Source: Deltaproteobacteria bacterium
Lineage (GTDB): Bacteria > Desulfobacterota > Binatia > Binatales > Binataceae
Reading direction: 5' to 3'
DNA length: 64,000 nt
NCBI GenBank assembly: GCA_019237115.1
Contig: JAFAHS010000411.1
Span: forward strand, 2,855-66,854
The notes beneath the pieces are model-generated. The model was given only the letters and a program-made list of their open reading frames with translations, was not told the DNA's origin and did not search any database. Of the stretch, positions 9,531 to 17,487 are shown piece by piece. A program made the translations under genes and the position numbers. Numbering within the stretch: position 1 is the first letter of the stretch; each line of letters starts with the position of its first letter.

Positions 9531-10703
9531 ATGCATCCGCTGAAGGATAAAGCCTGTATTGTGGGGGTCGGTGAGACCGCATACACACGCGGTACCGACC
9601 GCAGCGTGCTCAACCAGATGTTGCGCGCGGCCATGTCGGCGCTCGACGATGCGGGACTCAAGCCCCATGATATCGATGGTATCGTCACCGCGATGCCGAC
9701 GCCGACGGTCGAGCATCTTGCCGCCAATCTTGGGATTCCGGATCTCCGCTATAGCGCGTCGAGCAATATTGGCGGCGCAGCCGCAGTCGCTGCCGTGCAG
9801 ACGGGCGCGATGGCGGTCGCGCTCGGCCTAGCCAACACCGTGCTTATCCCCGTCGGGTGGAACGCATTTTCGGGCGGAGGCGTACGCGGAGCCGGGCGCC
9901 GCAGCGGAGGCGTGCAGTTGCCGCCCTCCTTTGGGTTGACGATGTCTGAGTACTACATGCCGTTCGGGCTGGCGGTGCCGGTGCAATGGCTTGCCTGGCT
10001 GGCCAGACGTTACCTCCACGAGTACCAGGTTCCGATAGAAGGACCGGCGGCAGTCGCGGTTGCCGCCCGCAAACATGCTCAGCTTAATGAAAAGGCCTAC
10101 ATGCGCGGCCGACCTTTAACGCTGGAGGAATACCGCAACGCCCGGATGATCGCTGAACCGTTTCGGCTCTTCGACTGTTGCCTCGAGACTGACGGCGCCT
10201 GTGCCGTGATCCTCAGTTCGGCCGAGCGGGCACCCGATTTGCACAAACGCCCGGTTTACATCGCCGGTGCTGCTGAGGGTCATCCGCTGCCAGCCGACGA
10301 CATTCCCGGGCGCCGGGAGTTTCTCAAGATTGGACTGAGGTTTGCGGCTCCAAGGGCACTGGCGATGGCTGAGGTGAAGATCGAAGACGCCGATTTTTTA
10401 CAGATCTACGACTGCTTCACCCATATCGTGCTGCTGGAATTGGAGGCGCTCGGGGTTTGCAAAGCCGGCGAAGCAGGCCAATTCGTTCAGAACGGTCGTA
10501 TAGAGCTGGGCGGAGACTTACCGCTGAACACTCATGGGGGCCTCCTGGCCGAAGCGCATGTCGCAGGACTCAATCATGTCGTGGAAGCGACCCGTCAATT
10601 GCGCCATGAATGCGGAGCGCGGCAGGTCGCCAACGCGGAACTTGGCGTAATAACCGGGTTCGGCGACCTTGGTGATGGCAGCCTACTGGTGCTGAGGAGA
10701 TAA
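9531..10703 (+). CDS. thiolase-like (SCP-x type) acetyl-CoA acyltransferase family protein
   Basis: 390 aa. 'CIVGVGETAYTRG', 'FDCCLETDGACAVIL', 'NTHGGLLAEAHVAGLNHVVEATRQLR'. RBS GGGAGGA upstream. Confidence 0.8.
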   Translation: MHPLKDKACIVGVGETAYTRGTDRSVLNQMLRAAMSALDDAGLKPHDIDGIVTAMPTPTVEHLAANLGIPDLRYSASSNIGGAAAVAAVQTGAMAVALGLANTVLIPVGWNAFSGGGVRGAGRRSGGVQLPPSFGLTMSEYYMPFGLAVPVQWLAWLARRYLHEYQVPIEGPAAVAVAARKHAQLNEKAYMRGRPLTLEEYRNARMIAEPFRLFDCCLETDGACAVILSSAERAPDLHKRPVYIAGAAEGHPLPADDIPGRREFLKIGLRFAAPRALAMAEVKIEDADFLQIYDCFTHIVLLELEALGVCKAGEAGQFVQNGRIELGGDLPLNTHGGLLAEAHVAGLNHVVEATRQLRHECGARQVANAELGVITGFGDLGDGSLLVLRR

Positions 10704-10707
10704 CCAA

Positions 10708-11130
10708 ATGGCACGGCCCGAGACTTACCAGCGTTTGCTACCTCCTATGCGGGGGCTAGCACACGATTTTTACGCCTTCTGCAAAACGCACGAGTTGCGT
10801 TTTCAAAAATGCTCTCGGTGCGGAGGATGGCGCCACGTGCCGCGTGAAATGTGCCCCGATTGCGGTTCCTTCGACTATGAGTGGGCCAAATCGTCGGGCA
10901 GAGGACAGGTCTTCAGTTGGGCCAGCACCGACCAGCCGATGCTGCCACAGTTCGCGGACGCAGTGCCGTATGCGATCGCGATCGTCGAGTTGGAAGAAGG
11001 AGTGCGGATGGCCACCTGGGTAGTTGACGTGCCTCCCGACGAATTGAGTATCGGCTTGCCCGTAGTAGTGGTATTCGACGACGTGACCAGCGAGGTAACC
11101 CTGGCGAAATTTCGTCGATTGCACGTATGA
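10708..11130 (+). CDS. Zn-ribbon/OB-fold protein (DUF35), thiolase partner
   Basis: 'LRFQKCSRCGGWRHVPREMCPDCGS' Cys4 ribbon followed by an OB fold. Located 4 nt after the thiolase gene. Confidence 0.8.
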   Translation: MARPETYQRLLPPMRGLAHDFYAFCKTHELRFQKCSRCGGWRHVPREMCPDCGSFDYEWAKSSGRGQVFSWASTDQPMLPQFADAVPYAIAIVELEEGVRMATWVVDVPPDELSIGLPVVVVFDDVTSEVTLAKFRRLHV

Positions 11131-11204
11131 CAGGCCGCTGAGACAACCCTGGTGCGCATCTGCAGATCCAGTACCCAGCACGATCTCGCTGCTCCGGACG
11201 GCAA

Positions 11205-11606
11205 GTTGACATCACTGCGAGCTTTCTGGACGGCAAGATCCTGAGGGCGGCCGAAGAAATACAGGGCCGAGACCGGGCCATAGCGATAAGGGCTGCCAAA
11301 CAGAGAAGAGTAGGCCGTACGCCAGGCAGAGTCCGGGGTGATCGCCGCGGTCACGTGCCACCCTTGGCGTGCGAGAGCCAGGGCGAGGATCGGCCCTTCG
11401 CCGACGAACACTACATTGAGAGGATCACCCGGAGTTTGGCTTTCCTGCATCAAGTACCAGCGAGCATCATCCACATCGGGATCGATCTTGTGAGTCGTAA
11501 TCGTCTTGGTCGTCAGGCGTACGCCAATGTCGCGGCTGGTCTGCCCAGCCCAGACCGGCGTCCCGTTGAGGTTCACGGGGGCCCGCCATAGACGCATGTG
11601 ATCGCG
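11205..11606 (-). pseudogene. LssY_C-like domain remnant with segments in permuted order
   Basis: ORF 10875..11597. 'RDHMRLWRAP..PVWAGQTSRDIGVRLTT..THKIDPDVDDAR' (normally the C-terminal half) precedes 'GDPLNVVFVG...YRYGPVSALYFFGRPQDLAVQKARSDVN' (normally the N-terminal half). There is an in-frame TGA just upstream, and the ORF tail runs antisense through the DUF35 gene. Confidence 0.4.
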
Positions 11607-12161
11607 CGGTCAGCTACCAGAAGGTGGAGAATGAGCGTTGGGAAACGGCGCCACGATAAGAGCCGAGAATCGGCTTCGAGCGTTTGTCCGATGGGTCGGA
11701 TCGGCTGAGCAATCTCGCCATCGAAGTCCACAAGAACACGATTGCCGCTCTAAAAGGTCACCAAAGGGACCGACACCTGCCCTCCGGGAAAATGGGTCAG
11801 ACCTGGGACGCGAGGTGCAGGCAGGGGAGGTCGAGGTCGAAATTGCTCGAGTAGCTTATGACGAGCGACCGCGATTTCCGGCGGTAGCAGAACCTGGGGC
11901 AGAAGAGGGTTTTCGAATCGTACGAGAGTTGATCAGACGAGGGCTTCGCACTTTCGACCAGCCGGTTGGTCAAACGAACCCCAATCCGCAGTGCGCATAT
12001 CGCAACGCCACTCCGATACCCTCATAGCGTGGAAGAATGATGCACCGAAATCGAGGTAGCATGGCGGATTTCGCCGTATCCCGCCGGGAGCGCAGATCGG
12101 CTCTGTTTTCCAGGAAATAATGATAATTTGATTGGAGTTTCCGGGGAGTTTTTAGGGAACA

Positions 12162-12196
12162 GTGATCGGTTTCGAACCGACGACCTCGTGCTTGGC
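12162..12196. repeat. distal att-like copy of the tRNA-Gly 3' half (35-bp perfect direct repeat)
   Basis: gtgatcggtttcgaaccgacgacctcgtgcttggc is identical to 44227..44261. Confidence 0.8.
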
Positions 12197-12332
12197 CATC
12201 GCAGAAGAGAAGAAACGATAGAGACCTCCCCAGATCGCTCGATAGAGCTTGAAAGCGTTGAGTCCCAAGGGCTTTCAGCATTCTGCCATTGCCTCTGAAC
12301 GGTAATGGCTTTCACCCAATGGTATCTAGTTC

Positions 12333-12378
12333 GGGCACAAAATGTGGCACCTCAGGCCACAAAATCGGGCACAATTTC
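12333..12378. repeat. cluster of short direct repeats GG(G/C)CACAA(A/T)(A/T)T, candidate arm-type recombinase sites
   Basis: gggcacaaaatg (12333), ggccacaaaatc (12355) and gggcacaatttc (12367) lie in the non-coding 360 bp between the distal att copy and the last eCIS gene. Confidence 0.3.
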
Positions 12379-12558
12379 GCCAAGCGACGTTATGATTTGC
12401 CGGGCAGCGTCCTCGCACTCCGAACCGCAGCGTTGGCCGTTGGCGGCGCTTGATTCGCTGGACCATCATCTTGACGGAGAGTGAGCCCCACCTTTGACCC
12501 GGTCAGCAGTACAAGCGAATTGACAACTTCACCGGCGCGGGAAATCGAGCTTCCTTAG

Positions 12559-14415
12559 CTACTCAGCGAATACAGAAGTCGTCGGGGCTGTCGTGTTGTA
12601 GTTAATAGCGATGGTCTCGCCGACGCCCAGCTTGAATGCGCCGGCGGTCAGCCCTGTGGCCGTTCCGTTGATCGCGATCTGGGAAACATCGCCTCCCGTC
12701 ACCACAATGCTCTTGGGACTATGCCGCACCGTATAGACGGTCGCGCTTTGAGGATTCTGGAGGCCCGCGGCAACCTGATTCGTCAAATCACTGCCGGCGC
12801 TTGGCCACGGATTCGCAATTACGCCCACCGGATTGTAGCCCGTGTTGTTGACCACCACCGAAGCGGTGCCGAGCAGGTTGATCAGATTGCCGCCGGCGTT
12901 GCTGAGCAAGTTCTGACCGAGGTTCCAACTCTCCGAAGTGCCGGAGCCGCCCGTCATGTCGATCGCCGGTGTCTGCCCCGTCCCTTCGATCCGATTGCCA
13001 GTCATGAGGACATGCGTCGCATCGGACAACTGGATTGCAGCTCCACCGGCTGATGAATTTGCGTTCTCGAATACATTGCCGACAATCACGAGATCATGCA
13101 CCGGGACGCTGTTGGCGATCGCCGGGCCGGCGCAGTTCTTAATCACATTGCCCGAAATCACGTGATGGGAGGTCTCCTTGGGTGAATCCGAGGACGTTGC
13201 CGTGAAAAAGATCCCGGTCCCCGGGAGGCCCGCGATCGGCGTTACATTCGCAATCATGTTGCCGACGATGGAGGCGCCGCTTGCACCCGGCCCAATCAGC
13301 GAGATGCCGCGGCCGGCCGGCTGCAGGATCGAACAGCCGACGATCGAGCAGTTGCGTGCGCGTAACTGAAAGCCGTACGCTTCGTTGGCGGACGATCCGG
13401 TGGCCACCCCGATCCCGCCGATCGCCACGCAACCCACAAAGGCCACATTCTCGGCCGGCTGGTGCGTGTCGAAATGCACCGTATCAGTAAGCATCGAGGT
13501 ACAGTGTGACACCACGATATTGCGCTGCACGCCGTTTTGAAAAGTGCCGCTGCTGCCGCCCGTCGTTACTGAATGGCGCGTGTGGGAAAAGCGGCAGCCG
13601 CTGATGCTCACGTTCTGGGAGGCCCCGCCGACAACGATTCCATAACGTTCGTTGGCGGGCGGCTGGACGTCGCTGATGTGATGGATATAGCAATCCGAAA
13701 TCTTGGCATCGCGCACGGATTGAAGCTCGATGCCGCTGTGGAAAGCGTCGTGCACCTCGAGCCGTTGGATCTGCAAATTCTCGATGAAGCGGAAGTGGGT
13801 AAAGCCCAGCTTCAGCGTCGACGAAGTGGCGTCGGTGGTGAGCGAGAAATCCGATAGCGTGATGTTCTCGAGCATTGTCGGCTGCACCAACTGCGCGGTA
13901 TCGGCCACGGTATACGTATCAAACACTTGGTCGTCGACCAGGACTACGCCTGAGGCGGCGGTATCCGGCCGGACCTGTTTCACCTCGCCGGCATGCTTGG
14001 TGGGAATTTCGGTATCCACCGACTTGTTCGAAAACAGCAGCACGTAGTCGTTGGGCTGGAACGAAGCCGCATCCCCCGCCGCGAGTTGCAGCGAAGTGTC
14101 GCCCCTCGCGGTATCCGCGGTTAGCGGACGCGCCGTGCCGAAGGTCAGTTGAGAGGCATCCAGGGCGGGCGACGCCGGGCTTCCGGTCATCATCTGGCTG
14201 CTCGCCACAAACACCGTGATACCCATCCCCTCGCCTTGAATCTGAACGTTGCTCGACGTGATCTGGATCGAGCTGGTGAGCGGATAGGTCCCCGCCTTCA
14301 CGAAGATCTTGCCGCCGGTTGCCGGCAACGCGTTGATCGCCGACTGCAAATCAGTGAAGTCGCCGTTGCCGGCAATATCCACTACAAAAGTAGCCTCAAA
14401 GCGGTCTATCGCCAT
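12559..14415 (-). CDS. tailspike-like right-handed beta-helix protein (pectate-lyase-3 type N-terminus)
   Basis: 618 aa. 'GNGDFTDLQSAINALPATGGKIFVKAGTYPL...VQIQGEG' resembles the N-terminus of phage tailspike/depolymerase proteins. Repeated beta-helix turns follow. It is the last gene of the eCIS operon. Confidence 0.65.
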   Translation of the reverse strand: MAIDRFEATFVVDIAGNGDFTDLQSAINALPATGGKIFVKAGTYPLTSSIQITSSNVQIQGEGMGITVFVASSQMMTGSPASPALDASQLTFGTARPLTADTARGDTSLQLAAGDAASFQPNDYVLLFSNKSVDTEIPTKHAGEVKQVRPDTAASGVVLVDDQVFDTYTVADTAQLVQPTMLENITLSDFSLTTDATSSTLKLGFTHFRFIENLQIQRLEVHDAFHSGIELQSVRDAKISDCYIHHISDVQPPANERYGIVVGGASQNVSISGCRFSHTRHSVTTGGSSGTFQNGVQRNIVVSHCTSMLTDTVHFDTHQPAENVAFVGCVAIGGIGVATGSSANEAYGFQLRARNCSIVGCSILQPAGRGISLIGPGASGASIVGNMIANVTPIAGLPGTGIFFTATSSDSPKETSHHVISGNVIKNCAGPAIANSVPVHDLVIVGNVFENANSSAGGAAIQLSDATHVLMTGNRIEGTGQTPAIDMTGGSGTSESWNLGQNLLSNAGGNLINLLGTASVVVNNTGYNPVGVIANPWPSAGSDLTNQVAAGLQNPQSATVYTVRHSPKSIVVTGGDVSQIAINGTATGLTAGAFKLGVGETIAINYNTTAPTTSVFAE

Positions 14416-14633
14416 CGGTCGCCCCTATCCCGCGTGTGACTTTGCTGCATTCAATTCTTCCTGAGGTTTACGCGAACCAGCAAGCAGCGGCGCGCGATGA
14501 AGCTTATTCCGCTTGGAACGCGATGACGAGTTTCGGCGTTAACTTCCTCGGATGGATCGGCGCCTCGCGGCAAGCGCCGGAGATGATGTACTTCCGGATC
14601 TGAATTCCTTCTAAGTGGCTCACTCTGGCCGAT

Positions 14634-17477
14634 TCATATGGCCTTGCCGAGTCCGGTGAGAATGCCTCCTTGCGGGCCTCCTCCTCTGGGCCGTCCGAAA
14701 CCTCTCCCGTTTAGCGTGATCACGAGCGGACTGCCGCTTGCATTGTGACTAATCGTAAGGTTGGCGCTCCGGACTCCAATCGCCGTCGGCGCGAATCCGA
14801 TAATCACGGTCAAACTCTGGCCCGGAGCGAGCGCGATCGCCGTCTGCGGGGCGTTAGTAGAGAAGTCGCGGCTCGCGGCTCCACTCAGGGTTATGGCGGA
14901 GATGTTCAAAAAGGAACTGCCGATGTTGGTCAGCGTCAAGGTGTCCGCAGTTTCTTCGCCCAGGGCGGCCGCGAAGTTCAGCGAAGTCGCGGAGGCTTGC
15001 AGCGTCGGCGCGAGCCCCGTTCCGCTGAGCGGGATCGTCAACGGACTGCCGGAGGCATTGTGCGTGACCGTGATGTTACCCGGCCGGGGTCCCGCGAGCG
15101 TTGGAGTGAAGGTCGCGCTGATCGTGCAGGATGCGCCCGCCGCCAAGGTTCCCGGCGAGAGCGGACACGTTGTCGTCGCGGCAAAGTCGCCGCCGGGCGC
15201 GATGCTCGAAATCGTCACCGCGCTCTTGGTGTTGTTAGTCAGTGTTATGGACGCAGCAGGGCTCGAAGTCGTTCCCACCGCCTGGGCGCCGAAATCGATT
15301 GCGGTCGGCGAGACCACCACCGATGGCAGCGAAATCAGCCAGAACCACATTTCGAAATCGCCGCCCCTGCGGCCGTCCCCGCTCGGCATAAAGAGCCCGG
15401 TGCGCTGATTGCCCGACGCGTCCGGCGCCACGGGTCCGCCAAAGGCGTCGCCGTCAAGAAACATCGATGGATTGCCGGCCGCCCAGATGAAATTGCCCTT
15501 GAGGGTCAGCCGCGCGAGCATCGGCCCGGGCGCCGGCGTCTGCGCCAGGATTTGCGCAAGCTGGTTTTGAATCCAGGTGGCGGCTGGCGTAGTCGGGGCC
15601 CAGTCGATAATCGTCCCGCCACCGGCGGCGTCCAGTGACAATGTGGCGGCCACAAGCGTCGATTGCGCCGCGAACGGCAGTTGGTTGGCCCCAGCAAATT
15701 GCGGCACGTCGATAGTCACATAGCAGGTGGGCTTGCTGAGCGACGGATTGAGCAGCAGCGACACCGGGTCGATCGGCGTGTCGCACTGGATGCTGATGCC
15801 GCCCGCCAAATCCTGCAACGCGACCATACTGTCGTTCAAGACGACGCCGGCGTTCGGCGACACTCCGCTCGGATTGGTCAGGAACACCGATTTGATGTGG
15901 ATTCCGGTTTCGGCCAGTGGCGCAAAGAGCTGGCGGCAATCTTCCTCCAGGATCCACGGGGTCGTGCCGAAATTCACGATGCCGAGCCGGCAATAATGGT
16001 GGCGGATACCTTGCGGAGGACGAAACTGCGGATTGCCGGCGCTGTCCCGCGGCCAATCCACGTCGCCGGTAACGGTGCGCGCCGGGACGAGCCAGTGATC
16101 GCCGGTCGCGTAATTGCCGCCCGCCGCGAAGAAGACCTGGACGCCGCTTTCCAGATCGATCCAGACGCCCTCCTGAATTGGAACATCGCCGCCCGGTGCG
16201 CCGGTCGAGACCTGCGCGCCGGACTCGTCCCAGCGGCGGACCTTGGGGTTGCGGACCGTATTATTTGTAAAGCCGTTGATAAAGCTCGCCAGCGCGACAG
16301 GGTCTGCCGCAGAAGTATCCGCCGTCAGCACCGGACCCTGCGGCCCCGTCGCGGTCGCCGTCAATTGCACGAGGATGCCCGGCTGCCCGGCCAGCTCCCG
16401 CCCATCTTCGGTGAGTTCGACCCACTGCCCCGTGGCTAATCCGAGCGTCTGGTCACGGCCGAGCGAACTCACATTGAAAGTAAGTGAAGTCCCGGTGAGG
16501 ACCGGCGCGGGCGACACGATCGCGGTTACGACGGAGCCGTTGTCGCGCGACCATTTGAACGTCGGCTTCCCGCCCGCGAGATTGCCTCCCGTCTGCACCT
16601 CGACCCGATAAAGCTGATTTTCCAGCCGGCGGAAGCCGGCCCGCGGCGGCAGGATGCAGGCCGACGTGCTCGCTGCCGTAGGCTCCGCGCGAGCGGCCAA
16701 TTGGCCGGTACTCTGCGGGGTGAAGGTCGGGAAATCGGGCGCCGTCGCGCACGTCGCGTTGGCCGCTACCGGCTGGAATTTCACCTGCCATACGGTCTTG
16801 CTGCGCGTGGTGGTATCGGCGCCGCTTGCGAGTCCGAGCGCAGGATCGCGAATCTCACCATCCTCCAGCGCCGTGATGGTGCGCTCCCAAACGTCCAGGT
16901 AGACCAGGGCCAGGCCGCTGGTCGGGAGCGCAGCGGGGGCGAGGTTGTCGGCCTGCGTAAGGTAGGTCGTGATCCGCCTCAATTGCGCCGACGTCCCAAA
17001 CCCGCTGACGTCGTCTTTCAGCGTGATTTGCCCCGACGCAGTTGGCGGCTGGACCTGCGTCTGAATGGGGGCGGGGCCCGTCGCGGCCGCGGAAATCTCC
17101 ACCCATTGACCCGCGGCGAGTTCGCGCCCGTCGAGCACCAGATTAGTGAGCTGGATCTGTTTGCCGCTTACGATCGCGATCGGCGCGAGGTTCGATTCCA
17201 GCTCGCACAGGATGCCGTCGACATACATTCGGCCGGGCGCCAAGCCCAGATCGCTGGAAGCGCCGGCAAGCGGCAGCGGAATTACCAGGAAGCCGGCGTT
17301 ATCGCGCGGTGCGCCGGTGCGGCTGAGCAGATCGGCGGCCGTGATCTCCGCGCGACGCGCGGTGATATCTGCCTGCTCGTTCCAATCCGCATCGAGGCTC
17401 GGGCGTCCCTGCTGCCACCGCACCGCGCTGTAGTGCTTCAGGGGATTGAAAGTGGTTCGAGTAATATCGCTTCCCAC
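14634..17477 (-). CDS. DUF6519-type tail-fibre candidate with two C-terminal choice-of-anchor-D/ASH-like Ig domains
   Basis: 'GSDITRTTFNPLKHYSAVRWQQGRPSLDADWNEQ' matches the remembered DUF6519 N-terminus. Start set at the GTG 6 nt after AAGGAG (the track ORF begins at 17516). The C-terminus holds 2 x 'F(G/A)..(A/L)G......LTLTN.G...(V/L).IS.I..(G/S)G....F' domains. Confidence 0.6.
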   Translation of the reverse strand: MGSDITRTTFNPLKHYSAVRWQQGRPSLDADWNEQADITARRAEITAADLLSRTGAPRDNAGFLVIPLPLAGASSDLGLAPGRMYVDGILCELESNLAPIAIVSGKQIQLTNLVLDGRELAAGQWVEISAAATGPAPIQTQVQPPTASGQITLKDDVSGFGTSAQLRRITTYLTQADNLAPAALPTSGLALVYLDVWERTITALEDGEIRDPALGLASGADTTTRSKTVWQVKFQPVAANATCATAPDFPTFTPQSTGQLAARAEPTAASTSACILPPRAGFRRLENQLYRVEVQTGGNLAGGKPTFKWSRDNGSVVTAIVSPAPVLTGTSLTFNVSSLGRDQTLGLATGQWVELTEDGRELAGQPGILVQLTATATGPQGPVLTADTSAADPVALASFINGFTNNTVRNPKVRRWDESGAQVSTGAPGGDVPIQEGVWIDLESGVQVFFAAGGNYATGDHWLVPARTVTGDVDWPRDSAGNPQFRPPQGIRHHYCRLGIVNFGTTPWILEEDCRQLFAPLAETGIHIKSVFLTNPSGVSPNAGVVLNDSMVALQDLAGGISIQCDTPIDPVSLLLNPSLSKPTCYVTIDVPQFAGANQLPFAAQSTLVAATLSLDAAGGGTIIDWAPTTPAATWIQNQLAQILAQTPAPGPMLARLTLKGNFIWAAGNPSMFLDGDAFGGPVAPDASGNQRTGLFMPSGDGRRGGDFEMWFWLISLPSVVVSPTAIDFGAQAVGTTSSPAASITLTNNTKSAVTISSIAPGGDFAATTTCPLSPGTLAAGASCTISATFTPTLAGPRPGNITVTHNASGSPLTIPLSGTGLAPTLQASATSLNFAAALGEETADTLTLTNIGSSFLNISAITLSGAASRDFSTNAPQTAIALAPGQSLTVIIGFAPTAIGVRSANLTISHNASGSPLVITLNGRGFGRPRGGGPQGGILTGLGKAI

Positions 17478-17487
17478 ACCACTCTCC

